Part shown: positions 39,632 to 56,956 of the stretch, one piece after another
Layout of the letters: each line of letters starts with the position of its first letter
Position numbering within the stretch: position 1 is the stretch's first letter
Origin: Escherichia phage HEMP5
Length of the DNA: 64,000 bases
Strand: one strand, 5' to 3'
Sequence record: OR424388.1
Position numbers and translations under genes: made by a program
The notes under the pieces: model-generated
Seen by the model: only the letters and a program-made list of their open reading frames with translations
Database searches by the model: none
What the model was told of the DNA's origin: nothing

Positions 39632-41178
39632 GTAACAATACATATCAGCACGTATCAAATGAATCAAAATATGTTAAATTCGATCCTACTGGATCGAATT
39701 TTCCTGGCACTGTTACGACAGTACAGTCTGCATTATCAAAAATAAGTAATATCGGCGTAAATGGTATTCCTGATGCAACTATGGAAGTTAAAGGAATAGC
39801 AATGATTGCGTCAGAGCAAGAGGTTTTAGATGGAACTAATAATTCTAAAATCGTTACACCAGCTACATTAGCAACAAGATTATTGTATCCAAATGCTACT
39901 GAAACTAAATATGGTTTAACGCGTTATTCAACAAATGAAGAAACATTAAAAGGCTCAGATAATAATTCATCAATAACACCACAAAAACTGAAATACCACA
40001 CTGACGATGTGTTCAAAAATAGATATTCGTCTGAGTCATCAAACGGGGTTATTAAAATATCATCTACACCTGCAGCTTTGGCTGGAGTTGATGATACTAC
40101 TGCGATGACTCCGCTAAAAACCCAAAAACTTGCAATAAAATTAATTTCGCAAATAGCTCCTTCAGAAGACACTGCAACAGAATCGGTGAGAGGAGTAGTT
40201 CAATTATCTACTGTTGCACAAATTCGTCAAGGAACTCTCCGCGAAGGATATGCAATTTCCCCGTATACCTTTATGAATTCTGTTGCAACACATGAATATA
40301 AGGGTGTTATACGCCTAGGAACGCAGACTGAAATTAATAATAATTTGGGTGGTGTTGCAGTAACAGGTGAAACACTAAATGGTCGAGGAGCTACCGGTTC
40401 TATGCGTGGAGTAGTTAAATTAACGACGCAAGCCGGTATTGCCCCTGAAGGTGATAGCTCTGGAGCATTAGCATGGAACGCAGATGTAATTAATACTCGT
40501 GGTGGACAAACTATTAATGGTTCTTTAAATTTAGACCATCTTACAGCAAATGGAATTTGGTCACGCGGTGGAATGTGGAAAAATGGCGATCAACCTGTTG
40601 CCACTGAAAGATATGCGTCCGAACGAGTTCCGGTTGGAACTATTATGATGTTTGCGGGTGATTCAGCACCTCCAGGTTGGATTATGTGTCATGGTGGAAC
40701 CGTGTCAGGTGACCAATTTCCTGATTATAGAAACGTAGTTGGAACAAGATTTGGTGGCGATTGGAATAATCCTGGCGTTCCTGATATGCGGGGTCTTTTC
40801 GTCAGAGGAGCCGGCACAGGCGGTCATATTTTAAATCAACGTGGACAAGATGGCTATGGAAAGGATAGACTGGGCGTAGGATGTGACGGAATGCATGTTG
40901 GTGGTGTTCAGGCACAACAAATGTCATACCATAAACATGCTGGTGGTTGGGGTGAATATAACAGAAGTGAAGGCCCATTTGGCGCGTCAGTTTATCAAGG
41001 ATATCTTGGAACTAGAAAATATTCCGACTGGGATAATGCTTCATACTTCACTAATGATGGATTTGAATTAGGTGGACCGAGAGATGCTCATGGTACACTT
41101 AATCGTGAAGGATTAATTGGTTATGAAACTAGACCATGGAATATATCATTAAACTATATTATTAAAGTTCATTACTAA
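39628..41178 (+). CDS. 12: gp12 short tail fibre (516 aa)
   Basis: [27 protein letters not shown]...; C-terminal receptor-binding domain with HxH motif region. Confidence 0.95.
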   Translation: MSNNTYQHVSNESKYVKFDPTGSNFPGTVTTVQSALSKISNIGVNGIPDATMEVKGIAMIASEQEVLDGTNNSKIVTPATLATRLLYPNATETKYGLTRYSTNEETLKGSDNNSSITPQKLKYHTDDVFKNRYSSESSNGVIKISSTPAALAGVDDTTAMTPLKTQKLAIKLISQIAPSEDTATESVRGVVQLSTVAQIRQGTLREGYAISPYTFMNSVATHEYKGVIRLGTQTEINNNLGGVAVTGETLNGRGATGSMRGVVKLTTQAGIAPEGDSSGALAWNADVINTRGGQTINGSLNLDHLTANGIWSRGGMWKNGDQPVATERYASERVPVGTIMMFAGDSAPPGWIMCHGGTVSGDQFPDYRNVVGTRFGGDWNNPGVPDMRGLFVRGAGTGGHILNQRGQDGYGKDRLGVGCDGMHVGGVQAQQMSYHKHAGGWGEYNRSEGPFGASVYQGYLGTRKYSDWDNASYFTNDGFELGGPRDAHGTLNREGLIGYETRPWNISLNYIIKVHY

Positions 41179-41187
41179 GGATTACAA

Positions 41188-42645
41188 ATGATTGAATTAA
41201 AAGAGTTACCTTTTGTTGATAGCGTTCCTGACGAAGGTCAGGAACGTATTTCATGGATTAAAAATGGTGAAGAAATATTAGGAGCTAGTACTAAGTATGG
41301 AAATGATGGATCAATGAATAGACCAATTGTTTCCGTGTTTAAAAACGTCGAAGTTCTTGATGAAAATGTGGGAATTCTTAAAACTGCCATTGAAACATCA
41401 CAGAAAGATATTAAAACAATTCAAGGAGTTTTAGATGTATCAGGAGATATAGAAGCACTATCGCAGATCAGTGTTAATAAAAATGACATATCGAATTTAA
41501 AGACACTTACCAGTGAACACACTGATATATTAACTGGAACTAATAATACAGTTGACAAAATTATTGCTGATATAGGTCCATTTAATGATGAAGAAAACTC
41601 TGTTTATAGAACAATTAGAAATGATTTATTGTGGATTAAACAGGAATTAGGACAATATTCTGGCCAAGACATTAACGGTCTTCCTGTTGTTGGTAATGCT
41701 AGCACAGGAATGAAACACAGAATAATAACAAATAGTACATTATTATCTTCACAGGGCATTCGTTTAAGTGAATTAGAAAATAAATTTACTGAATCTGACG
41801 TAGGATCATTAACTGTTGAAGTTGGTAAATTACGTGATGAACTTGGTAATAAACCAGTAGATTTTGGGCCAAATATTTATAATAGATTAAACACTATAGA
41901 TGATAAACAAACTTTAATAAATTCTGATATAGCAGAAATTAAATCTTCTATTGGATACCCAGAAAATGTTTCTATAATAAAAGAAATTAATAATAACAAA
42001 AGTAGCATTGAAGCTATTAATAATGAATTAAATCAGAGTGAAGGTGTTAAACAGCGCTTAACGGCTATTGAAACTTCTATAGGTTCAGATGATATTCCTT
42101 CTAGTATTAAAGGAAAAATTAAAAATCACACAACTTCTATTGAGTCTTTAAACGGAATTGTTGGTGAAAACACTTCGTCTGGTTTAAGAGCGAATGTTTC
42201 GTGGTTAAATCAAATTGTTGGAACTGACTCCAGCGGAGGACAACCGTCTCCTTCTGGATCTCTATTAAATAAAGTTTCAGTGCTTGAAGGAGAAGTTTCA
42301 GTTTTAAACAATAATGTTCAAAATATACAAGTTGAAATAGGAAATAATAGAACAGGAATTAAAGGTCAAGTTATTGAACTTACTTCACTTATAAATGGAA
42401 ATAATCCTGACGGATCAACTGTTGAAGAACGAGGATTAACTAATTCTGTAAAAACGAATGAAACCAACATTGCGGCAGTCACACATGAAGTAAATACAGC
42501 TAAAGACAATATATCCTCTTTACAGAGCAGCGTTCAAGCTCTACAAGAAGCAGGTTATATTCCTGAAGCTCCAAAAGATGGCCAAGCTTACGTTCGTAAA
42601 GACGGCGAATGGGTACTACTTTCTACCTTTTTATCACCAGCATAA
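41188..42645 (+). CDS. wac: fibritin (whisker antigen control, wac), 485 aa
   Basis: long coiled-coil; C-terminal foldon [27 protein letters not shown]. Confidence 0.97.
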   Translation: MIELKELPFVDSVPDEGQERISWIKNGEEILGASTKYGNDGSMNRPIVSVFKNVEVLDENVGILKTAIETSQKDIKTIQGVLDVSGDIEALSQISVNKNDISNLKTLTSEHTDILTGTNNTVDKIIADIGPFNDEENSVYRTIRNDLLWIKQELGQYSGQDINGLPVVGNASTGMKHRIITNSTLLSSQGIRLSELENKFTESDVGSLTVEVGKLRDELGNKPVDFGPNIYNRLNTIDDKQTLINSDIAEIKSSIGYPENVSIIKEINNNKSSIEAINNELNQSEGVKQRLTAIETSIGSDDIPSSIKGKIKNHTTSIESLNGIVGENTSSGLRANVSWLNQIVGTDSSGGQPSPSGSLLNKVSVLEGEVSVLNNNVQNIQVEIGNNRTGIKGQVIELTSLINGNNPDGSTVEERGLTNSVKTNETNIAAVTHEVNTAKDNISSLQSSVQALQEAGYIPEAPKDGQAYVRKDGEWVLLSTFLSPA

Positions 42646-42648
42646 CAT

Positions 42649-42664
42649 GGGGCCGCAAGGCCCC
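42649..42664 (+). terminator. hairpin GGGGCCGCAAGGCCCC after wac
   Basis: perfect GC-rich inverted repeat in 31-nt intergenic gap. Confidence 0.5.
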
Positions 42665-42676
42665 AAAGGATTTTAA

Positions 42677-44378
<1,702 letters not shown>

Positions 44379-44419
44379 TAAATATTATAAACTAATTAAA
44401 GCCCAGATTAGGAGAAATC

Positions 44420-47557
<3,138 letters not shown>

Positions 47558-47588
47558 ATATATTAAAGCATATTAAAGAGGATTAAAA

Positions 47589-49568
47589 ATGACTTTATTA
47601 TCTCCGGGCATTGAGCTCAAAGAAACTACGGTTCAAAGCACCGTGGTTAATAACTCTACTGGTACAGCAGCTTTGGCCGGTAAATTCCAGTGGGGTCCTG
47701 CTTTTCAGATTAAACAGGTTACAAACGAAGTAGATTTAGTTAATACTTTTGGTCAACCTACAGCTGAAACTGCTGACTATTTTATGTCTGCAATGAATTT
47801 CTTACAATATGGAAATGATTTGCGAGTTGTGCGCGCTGTCGATAGAGATACCGCTAAAAACTCATCTCCGATTGCTGGTAATATTGAATACACAATTTCT
47901 ACCCCAGGTAGTAACTACGCGGTTGGAGATAAAATCACGGTCAAATATGTTTCAGAAGATGTTGAAACAGAAGGTAAAATTACCGAAGTAGATGCTGATG
48001 GAAAAATTAAGAAAATTAATATTCCTACTGCAAAAATTATTGCTAAAGCTAAAGAAGTTGGCGAATACCCAACATTAGGTTCTAACTGGACTGCAGAAAT
48101 TTCTTCATCTTCTTCCGGTTTAGCTGCAGTAATAACTCTTGGAAAAATTATTACTGATTCTGGTATTTTATTAGCTGAAATTGAAAATGCTGAAGCTGCT
48201 ATGACAGCGGTTGACTTTCAAGCAAATCTCGAAAAATACGGAATTCCAGGAGTAGTAGCTCTTTATCCAGGCGAATTAGGCGATAAAATTGAAATTGAAA
48301 TCGTATCTAAAGCTGACTATGCAAAAGGAGCTTCTGCATTACTCCCAATTTATCCGGGCGGTGGTACTCGCGCATCTACTGCTAAAGCAGTGTTTGGATA
48401 TGGACCACAAACTGATTCACAGTACGCTATTATAGTTCGTCGAAATGATGCTATTGTTCAAAGCGTTGTTCTTTCAACTAAGCGTGGTGAAAAAGATATT
48501 TACGATAGTAACATCTATATCGATGACTTTTTCGCAAAAGGTGGTTCAGAATATATTTTTGCAACTGCACAAAACTGGCCAGAAGGATTCTCTGGAATTT
48601 TAACTCTGTCTGGTGGATTATCATCAAATGCTGAAGTAACAGCAGGAGATTTGATGGAAGCTTGGGACTTCTTTGCTGACCGTGAATCTGTTGATGTTCA
48701 ACTGTTTATTGCGGGTTCTTGTGCCGGTGAATCTCTTGAAACAGCATCTACTGTCCAAAAACACGTCGTTTCAATTGGGGATGCTCGCCAAGATTGCTTA
48801 GTATTGTGCTCTCCTCCGCGTGAAACTGTAGTTGGAATTCCTGTAACTCGTGCAGTAGATAATTTAGTTAACTGGAGAACTGCAGCAGGTTCATACACTG
48901 ATAATAACTTTAATATCAGTTCAACCTACGCAGCAATTGATGGTAACTACAAATATCAGTATGACAAATATAATGATGTGAATCGTTGGGTTCCATTAGC
49001 AGCTGATATTGCTGGTTTATGCGCAAGAACTGATAACGTATCTCAGACTTGGATGTCTCCAGCTGGTTATAATCGTGGCCAGATTCTTAACGTTATTAAA
49101 CTTGCTATTGAAACTCGCCAAGCTCAGCGCGACCGTTTATACCAAGAAGCTATTAATCCAGTAACTGGTACAGGTGGCGATGGTTACGTATTGTATGGTG
49201 ATAAAACAGCTACTTCTGTTCCTTCTCCATTTGATCGTATTAACGTTCGTCGTCTGTTTAATATGTTGAAAACGAATATCGGACGTAGTTCAAAATATCG
49301 TTTGTTCGAATTAAACAACGCGTTTACTCGTTCATCATTCCGCACAGAAACTGCCCAATACTTACAGGGGATTAAAGCTCTCGGTGGAATTTATGAATAT
49401 CGTGTAGTTTGCGATACAACAAATAACACTCCGTCAGTAATTGATAGAAATGAGTTTGTTGCAACATTCTACATTCAACCGGCTAGAAGCATTAACTACA
49501 TTACCTTGAACTTCGTAGCAACTGCTACTGGTGCAGATTTCGATGAGTTAACTGGTCTTGCTGGTTAA
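47589..49568 (+). CDS. 18: gp18 tail sheath protein (659 aa)
   Basis: size/order identical to T4. Confidence 0.97.
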   Translation: MTLLSPGIELKETTVQSTVVNNSTGTAALAGKFQWGPAFQIKQVTNEVDLVNTFGQPTAETADYFMSAMNFLQYGNDLRVVRAVDRDTAKNSSPIAGNIEYTISTPGSNYAVGDKITVKYVSEDVETEGKITEVDADGKIKKINIPTAKIIAKAKEVGEYPTLGSNWTAEISSSSSGLAAVITLGKIITDSGILLAEIENAEAAMTAVDFQANLEKYGIPGVVALYPGELGDKIEIEIVSKADYAKGASALLPIYPGGGTRASTAKAVFGYGPQTDSQYAIIVRRNDAIVQSVVLSTKRGEKDIYDSNIYIDDFFAKGGSEYIFATAQNWPEGFSGILTLSGGLSSNAEVTAGDLMEAWDFFADRESVDVQLFIAGSCAGESLETASTVQKHVVSIGDARQDCLVLCSPPRETVVGIPVTRAVDNLVNWRTAAGSYTDNNFNISSTYAAIDGNYKYQYDKYNDVNRWVPLAADIAGLCARTDNVSQTWMSPAGYNRGQILNVIKLAIETRQAQRDRLYQEAINPVTGTGGDGYVLYGDKTATSVPSPFDRINVRRLFNMLKTNIGRSSKYRLFELNNAFTRSSFRTETAQYLQGIKALGGIYEYRVVCDTTNNTPSVIDRNEFVATFYIQPARSINYITLNFVATATGADFDELTGLAG

Positions 49569-49584
49569 TACGGTGCATTCTAAA

Positions 49585-49602
49585 GGCCTGTTTCGGCAGG
49601 CC
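49585..49602 (+). terminator. hairpin GGCCTGTTTCGGCAGGCC after gene 18
   Basis: inverted repeat 16 nt after stop. Confidence 0.45.
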
Positions 49603-49603
49603 A

Positions 49604-49611
49604 TATAAATA
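49604..49611 (+). promoter_or_regulatory. T4 late promoter TATAAATA (distal, gene 19)
   Basis: exact motif. Confidence 0.5.
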
Positions 49612-49662
49612 CACTATATCCTTAATTCTTTAATTCTATATGCCCTAGGTTAAACATAGGGA

Positions 49663-49670
49663 TATAAATA
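49663..49670 (+). promoter_or_regulatory. T4 late promoter TATAAATA (proximal, gene 19)
   Basis: exact motif 15 nt upstream of ATG 49685. Confidence 0.55.
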
Positions 49671-49684
49671 CTACAGAGGCTAAT

Positions 49685-50176
49685 ATGTTTGTAGATGATG
49701 TAACACGAGCGTTTGAATCTGGTGATTTTGCTCGACCTAACTTATTCCAAGTAGAAATTTCTTATCTTGGACAAAATTTTACATTCCAATGTAAAGCCAC
49801 TGCTTTACCAGCTGGTATTGTAGAAAAAATTCCAGTCGGATTTATGAACCGTAAAATTAACGTAGCAGGCGATCGTACATTCGATGACTGGACTGTTACA
49901 GTAATGAACGATGAAGCTCATGATGCTCGCCAGAAGTTTGTTGATTGGCAAAGCATTGCTGCTGGTCAAGGAAACGAAATTACTGGTGGAAAACCTGCAG
50001 AGTATAAAAAGAGCGCTATTGTTCGTCAATATGCTCGTGATGCTAAAACAGTAACAAAAGAAATTGAAATTAAAGGTCTGTGGCCTACTAACGTGGGTGA
50101 ACTTCAATTAGATTGGGATTCAAACAATGAAATCCAAACCTTTGAAGTAACTCTTGCTCTCGATTATTGGGAATAA
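49685..50176 (+). CDS. 19: gp19 tail tube protein (163 aa)
   Basis: size/order. Confidence 0.95.
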   Translation: MFVDDVTRAFESGDFARPNLFQVEISYLGQNFTFQCKATALPAGIVEKIPVGFMNRKINVAGDRTFDDWTVTVMNDEAHDARQKFVDWQSIAAGQGNEITGGKPAEYKKSAIVRQYARDAKTVTKEIEIKGLWPTNVGELQLDWDSNNEIQTFEVTLALDYWE

Positions 50177-50183
50177 AATGAAT

Positions 50184-50197
50184 GGGGAGAAATCCCC
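50184..50197 (+). terminator. hairpin GGGGAGAAATCCCC after gene 19
   Basis: inverted repeat. Confidence 0.4.
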
Positions 50198-50208
50198 ATC
50201 CTGCTTAA

Positions 50209-51833
<1,625 letters not shown>

Positions 51834-51834
<1 letters not shown>

Positions 51835-52073
51835 TGGAAGGTTTAATTGAAGCTATTAAATCAAACGACCTCGTAGCCGCTCGTAAATTATTTGCTGAAG
51901 CCATGGCTGCAAGAACGACTGATTTAATTAAAGAAGAAAAAATCGCTATCGCTCGTAATTTCTTAATCGAAGGTGAAGAACCTGATGACGAGGATGATGA
52001 CGAAGACGAAGATAGTGATGATAAAGACGACAAAAAAGACAAAGACTCTGACGAAGACGAGGATGATGAATAA
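51834..52073 (+). CDS. 67: gp67 prohead core protein (79 aa, acidic C-terminus)
   Basis: [28 protein letters not shown]...; poly-D/E tail. Confidence 0.9.
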
Positions 52074-52498
52074 TGCTTCTGATCCCTGAAACTCATGAAT
52101 TAGTTCTCGATAATGTCGAAGCACTTATTCCTGAAGCACAGGGTCGCTTTGACGAATTGTCTTCTGCTTTAAATAAAGACGATATAAATACAATTGTCGA
52201 GAATATGCTTGATGATGAAACTGATTTAGCGGTTGCATTAGCTTCTATTAATGAAAATATGCCGTTAAATGAATTTATCGTTAAACATGTTTCTGCCCGT
52301 GGTGAAATTACTCGCACTAAAGATCGCAAAACCCGCGAACGTAATGCATTTCAAACTACCGGGTTGTCTAAAGCAAAACGTAGACAAATTGCTCGTAAAG
52401 CTACCAAAACGAAGATTGCCAATCCAGCAGGTCAATCTCGTGCTCAGCGTAAGCGTAAAAAAGCTCTTAAACGCCGTAAAGCATTAGGATTAAGCTAA
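52073..52498 (+). CDS. 68: gp68 prohead core protein (141 aa, basic C-terminus)
   Basis: size/order. Confidence 0.9.
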   Translation: MLLIPETHELVLDNVEALIPEAQGRFDELSSALNKDDINTIVENMLDDETDLAVALASINENMPLNEFIVKHVSARGEITRTKDRKTRERNAFQTTGLSKAKRRQIARKATKTKIANPAGQSRAQRKRKKALKRRKALGLS

Positions 52499-53136
52499 TG
52501 AATGAACCCCAATTACTAATTGAAACTTGGGGTCAACCTGGCGAAATTATTGATGGCGTACCAATGCTTGAATCTCATGATGGAAAAGACTTAGGTTTAA
52601 AACCGGGTTTATACATCGAAGGAATATTCATGCAAGCGGAAGTTGTCAATAGAAATAAACGTCTTTATCCAAAACGCATATTAGAAAAAGCGGTAAAAGA
52701 CTATATTAATGAGCAAGTTTTAACTAAACAAGCTCTCGGAGAATTAAATCATCCTCCACGCGCTAATGTTGACCCGATGCAAGCCGCTATCATTATAGAA
52801 GATATGTGGTGGAAAGGAAATGACGTATACGGACGAGCTCGTGTTATTGAAGGTGACCATGGTCCTGGAGATAAATTAGCAGCTAATATTCGTGCCGGAT
52901 GGATTCCAGGAGTTTCTTCTCGTGGATTAGGTTCATTGACTGACACAAATAAAGGTTATCGTATCGTAAACGAAGGATTCAAATTAACTGTAGGTGTTGA
53001 TGCAGTATGGGGTCCAAGTGCTCCAGATGCATGGGTAACTCCTAAGGAAATTACAGAATCACAGACGGCGGAAGCCGATACAAGTGCCGATGACGCCTAT
53101 ATGGCTCTCGCAGAGGCCATGAAAAAAGCGTTATAA
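52498..53136 (+). CDS. 21: gp21 prohead core scaffold protease (212 aa)
   Basis: size/order. Confidence 0.95.
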   Translation: MNEPQLLIETWGQPGEIIDGVPMLESHDGKDLGLKPGLYIEGIFMQAEVVNRNKRLYPKRILEKAVKDYINEQVLTKQALGELNHPPRANVDPMQAAIIIEDMWWKGNDVYGRARVIEGDHGPGDKLAANIRAGWIPGVSSRGLGSLTDTNKGYRIVNEGFKLTVGVDAVWGPSAPDAWVTPKEITESQTAEADTSADDAYMALAEAMKKAL

Positions 53137-53166
53137 ATATTATTATCTAAACAACAGGACTACAAA

Positions 53167-53976
53167 ATGCTTAAAGAACAACTGATTGCCGAAGCGCAGA
53201 AAATTGATGCTTCCGTTGCTCTTGATAGTATTTTCGAATCAGTTAATATTTCTCCGGAAGCAAAAGAAACTTTCGGCACTGTATTCGAAGCTACCGTCAA
53301 GCAGCACGCCGTTAAATTAGCTGAATCTCATATCGCTAAAATTGCTGAAAAAGCAGAAGAAGAAGTAGAAAAAAATAAAGAAGAAGCAGAAGAAAAAGCT
53401 GAGAAGAAAATCGCTGAGCAAGCTTCTAAATTCCTTGACCATCTTGCAAAAGAATGGCTCACTGAAAATAAATTAGCAGTAGATAAAGGTATCAAAGCCG
53501 AACTGTTTGAATCCATGCTTGGTGGATTGAAAGAGCTCTTCGTTGAACACAACGTTGTTGTTCCAGAAGAATCAGTTGATGTTGTAGCTGAAATGGAAGA
53601 AGAACTGCAAGAACATAAAGAAGAATCAGCTCGTCTGTTCGAAGAACTCAATAAGCGTGACGCATATATCAATTATGTGCAGCGTGAAGTGGCATTGAGC
53701 GAAAGTACTAAAGATCTGACTGAGTCTCAAAAAGAAAAAGTCTCTGCTCTGGTCGAAGGTATGGATTATTCAGATGCATTCTCAAGTAAATTGAGTGCAA
53801 TCGTAGAAATGGTGAAGAAATCTAATAAAGATGAAAGCACTATTACTGAGAGTATAAATACTCCTGATACTGAAGCAGCCGGACTGAATTTCGTCACTGA
53901 AGCTGTAGAAGATAAATCTGCACAAGGTGCAGAAGATATTGTAAGTGTATATGCGAAAGTCGCATCTCGTTTTTAA
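53167..53976 (+). CDS. 22: gp22 prohead core scaffold protein (269 aa)
   Basis: acidic coiled-coil; size identical to T4. Confidence 0.95.
   Translation: MLKEQLIAEAQKIDASVALDSIFESVNISPEAKETFGTVFEATVKQHAVKLAESHIAKIAEKAEEEVEKNKEEAEEKAEKKIAEQASKFLDHLAKEWLTENKLAVDKGIKAELFESMLGGLKELFVEHNVVVPEESVDVVAEMEEELQEHKEESARLFEELNKRDAYINYVQREVALSESTKDLTESQKEKVSALVEGMDYSDAFSSKLSAIVEMVKKSNKDESTITESINTPDTEAAGLNFVTEAVEDKSAQGAEDIVSVYAKVASRF
53853..53860 (+). promoter_or_regulatory. TATAAATA late-promoter motif inside 3' end of gene 22 (candidate gene 23 promoter)
   Basis: exact motif ~140 nt upstream of gene 23 ATG. Confidence 0.4.
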
Positions 53977-53994
53977 TTTTAAAGGTTAACACAA

Positions 53995-55560
53995 ATGACT
54001 ATCAAAACTAAAGCTGAACTTTTGAACAAATGGAAGCCATTACTGGAAGGTGAAGGTTTACCGGAAATTGCTAATAGCAAACAAGCGATTATCGCTAAAA
54101 TCTTTGAAAACCAGGAAAAAGATTTCCAGACAGCTCCGGAATATAAAGACGAAAAAATTGCTCAGGCATTCGGTTCTTTCTTAACAGAAGCTGAAATCGG
54201 TGGTGACCACGGTTACAATGCTACCAACATCGCTGCAGGTCAGACTTCTGGAGCAGTAACTCAGATTGGCCCAGCTGTTATGGGTATGGTACGTCGTGCT
54301 ATTCCTAACCTGATTGCTTTCGATATTTGTGGTGTTCAGCCAATGAATAGCCCGACTGGCCAGGTATTCGCACTGCGTGCAGTATATGGTAAAGACCCAA
54401 TCGCTGCTGATGCTAAAGAAGCATTCCACCCAATGTATGGTCCAGATGCAATGTTCTCTGGTCAGGGTGCTGCTAAGAAATTCCCAGCTCTGGCTGCTAG
54501 CACACAAACCAAAGTAGGTGATATCTATACTCACTTCTTCCAGGAAACTGGTACTGTATATCTGCAAGCTTCTGCTCAAGTAACAATTAGTTCTACTGCA
54601 GATGATGCAGCTAAATTAGATGCTGAAATTAAGAAACAAATGGAAGCTGGCGCATTGGTAGAAATCGCTGAAGGTATGGCTACTTCTATCGCTGAACTTC
54701 AGGAAGGTTTCAACGGTTCTACCGATAACCCATGGAATGAAATGGGCTTCCGTATCGATAAACAAGTTATCGAAGCTAAATCTCGTCAGCTGAAAGCTGC
54801 TTACTCTATCGAATTAGCACAAGACCTCCGCGCTGTTCACGGTATGGATGCTGATGCTGAACTGTCTGGTATTCTGGCTACCGAAATTATGCTGGAAATC
54901 AACCGCGAAGTTGTTGATTGGATTAACTACTCCGCTCAGGTTGGTAAATCTGGTATGACCCTGACTCCGGGTTCTAAAGCTGGTGTATTTGACTTCCAGG
55001 ACCCAATCGATATTCGTGGTGCTCGCTGGGCAGGTGAATCCTTTAAAGCTCTGTTGTTCCAGATTGACAAAGAAGCAGTTGAAATTGCTCGTCAGACTGG
55101 TCGCGGCGAAGGTAACTTCATTATCGCTTCCCGTAACGTAGTTAACGTTCTGGCTTCAGTTGATACCGGCATTTCTTATGCTGCACAAGGTCTGGCTACT
55201 GGCTTTAACACTGATACTACCAAGTCAGTATTTGCTGGTGTTCTGGGTGGTAAATACCGTGTATATATCGACCAGTATGCTAAACAGGATTATTTCACCG
55301 TAGGTTATAAAGGTCCGAACGAAATGGATGCTGGTATTTACTATGCTCCATATGTAGCTCTGACTCCGCTGCGTGGTTCTGATCCGAAGAACTTCCAACC
55401 GGTAATGGGATTCAAAACTCGTTACGGTATCGGTATCAACCCATTTGCAGAATCCGCTGCTCAGGCTCCGGCTTCTCGCATCCAGAGCGGTATGCCTTCT
55501 ATTCTGAATAGCCTTGGTAAAAACGCTTACTTTAGACGTGTATATGTTAAAGGTATCTAA
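53995..55560 (+). CDS. 23: gp23 major capsid protein (521 aa)
   Basis: MTIKTKAELLNKWKPLLEGEGLPEIANSKQAIIAKIFENQEKDFQTAPEYKDEKIAQAFGSFLTEAEIGGDHGYNATNIAAGQTSGAVTQIGPAVMGMVRRAIPNLIAFDICGVQPM...; high codon bias. Confidence 0.98.
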   Translation: MTIKTKAELLNKWKPLLEGEGLPEIANSKQAIIAKIFENQEKDFQTAPEYKDEKIAQAFGSFLTEAEIGGDHGYNATNIAAGQTSGAVTQIGPAVMGMVRRAIPNLIAFDICGVQPMNSPTGQVFALRAVYGKDPIAADAKEAFHPMYGPDAMFSGQGAAKKFPALAASTQTKVGDIYTHFFQETGTVYLQASAQVTISSTADDAAKLDAEIKKQMEAGALVEIAEGMATSIAELQEGFNGSTDNPWNEMGFRIDKQVIEAKSRQLKAAYSIELAQDLRAVHGMDADAELSGILATEIMLEINREVVDWINYSAQVGKSGMTLTPGSKAGVFDFQDPIDIRGARWAGESFKALLFQIDKEAVEIARQTGRGEGNFIIASRNVVNVLASVDTGISYAAQGLATGFNTDTTKSVFAGVLGGKYRVYIDQYAKQDYFTVGYKGPNEMDAGIYYAPYVALTPLRGSDPKNFQPVMGFKTRYGIGINPFAESAAQAPASRIQSGMPSILNSLGKNAYFRRVYVKGI

Positions 55561-55575
55561 TCTTTGACGATTTAA

Positions 55576-55605
55576 GGGACCTTCGGGTCCCTTTAGTTGT
55601 TTTTA
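55576..55605 (+). terminator. rho-independent terminator after gene 23
   Basis: GGGACCTTCGGGTCCC hairpin then T-rich tract. Confidence 0.7.
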
Positions 55606-55608
55606 TGG

Positions 55609-55616
55609 TATAAATA
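55609..55616 (+). promoter_or_regulatory. T4 late promoter TATAAATA for gene 24
   Basis: exact motif 28 nt upstream of ATG 55644. Confidence 0.6.
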
Positions 55617-55643
55617 AATCATATAAACCAAAAGGAAAGCGCA

Positions 55644-56927
55644 ATGGCTAAAATCAACGAACTTCTGCGCGAATCAACCACAACGAATAGCAACTCAATC
55701 GGTCGCCCAAATCTCGTTGCTTTGACTCGCGCTACCACTAAATTAATATATTCTGACATTGTAGCAACGCAAAGAACTAATCAACCTGTTGCTGCTTTTT
55801 ATGGTATCAAATACCTTAACCCGGATAACGAATTTACATTTAAAACTGGTGCTACTTACGCTGGCGAAGCTGGGTATGTAGACCGAGAACAAATCACAGA
55901 ATTAACAGAAGAGTCTAAATTAACTCTCAATAAAGGCGATTTATTCAAATATAATAATATCGTTTATAAAGTATTAGAAGATACACCATTTGCTGATATT
56001 GAAGAAAGCGATTTAGAATTAGCTCTTCAGATTGCAATCGTTCTTTTAAAGGTTCGTTTATTTTCTGATGCTGCAGTAACAAGCAAATTTGAAAACTCTG
56101 ATAGCGAAATTGCGGATGCTAGATTCCAGATTAATAAATGGCAAACCGCAGTTAAATCTCGTAAACTTAAAACTGGCATCACAGTTGAATTAGCACAAGA
56201 TTTAGAAGCAAACGGATTCGATGCTCCTAATTTCTTGGAAGATTTGCTTGCAACTGAAATGGCGGATGAAATCAATAAAGATATTCTGCAGTCTTTGATT
56301 ACAGTATCAAAACGCTATAAAGTTACAGGAATTACTGATACTGGATTCATTGATTTGAGTTATGCATCTGCACCTGAAGCTGGTCGTTCATTATACCGAA
56401 TGGTGTGTGAAATGGTTTCACATATCCAGAAAGAATCAACTTATACAGCAACGTTCTGTGTTGCTTCAGCTCGTGCCGCTGCGATTCTTGCTGCATCAGG
56501 TTGGTTAAAACATAAACCAGAAGATGACAAATATCTTTCACAAAATGCCTACGGGTTCTTAGCTAATGGTTTACCGCTTTATTGCGATACCAACAGTCCA
56601 TTAGATTATGTAATCGTTGGCGTAGTAGAAAATATTGGTGAAAAAGAAATTGTTGGATCAATTTTCTATGCTCCGTATACAGAAGGTCTTGACTTAGATG
56701 ACCCTGAACATGTAGGTGCATTTAAAGTTGTAGTTGATCCAGAAAGTTTGCAGCCATCTATCGGTTTATTAGTTAGATATGCTTTATCTGCAAATCCTTA
56801 CACTGTAGCAAAAGATGAAAAAGAAGCAAGAGTAATTGATGGTGGAGATATGGATAAAATGGCGGGTCGTTCAGATTTGTCTGTTTTATTAGGTGTTAAG
56901 CTACCAAAAATTATCATTGATGAATAA
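55644..56927 (+). CDS. 24: gp24 capsid vertex protein (427 aa)
   Basis: size/order; paralogous to gp23. Confidence 0.95.
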   Translation: MAKINELLRESTTTNSNSIGRPNLVALTRATTKLIYSDIVATQRTNQPVAAFYGIKYLNPDNEFTFKTGATYAGEAGYVDREQITELTEESKLTLNKGDLFKYNNIVYKVLEDTPFADIEESDLELALQIAIVLLKVRLFSDAAVTSKFENSDSEIADARFQINKWQTAVKSRKLKTGITVELAQDLEANGFDAPNFLEDLLATEMADEINKDILQSLITVSKRYKVTGITDTGFIDLSYASAPEAGRSLYRMVCEMVSHIQKESTYTATFCVASARAAAILAASGWLKHKPEDDKYLSQNAYGFLANGLPLYCDTNSPLDYVIVGVVENIGEKEIVGSIFYAPYTEGLDLDDPEHVGAFKVVVDPESLQPSIGLLVRYALSANPYTVAKDEKEARVIDGGDMDKMAGRSDLSVLLGVKLPKIIIDE

Positions 56928-56933
56928 AACAAA

Positions 56934-56954
56934 GGGACCGAAAGGTCCCTTTTT
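56934..56954. terminator. bidirectional terminator between convergent genes 24 and rnlB
   Basis: GGGACCGAAAGGTCCC hairpin flanked by A-run and T-run. Confidence 0.7.
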
Positions 56955-56956
56955 AT

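Noticed and set aside
53328-53672. 114-aa minus-strand ORF inside gene 22
   Set aside because: Antisense to the acidic coiled-coil scaffold gene; Ser/Cys-rich low-complexity translation; no independent signals.
54181-54579. 132-aa minus-strand ORF inside gene 23
   Set aside because: Fully embedded antisense in the major capsid gene, which has strong homology and codon bias on the plus strand.
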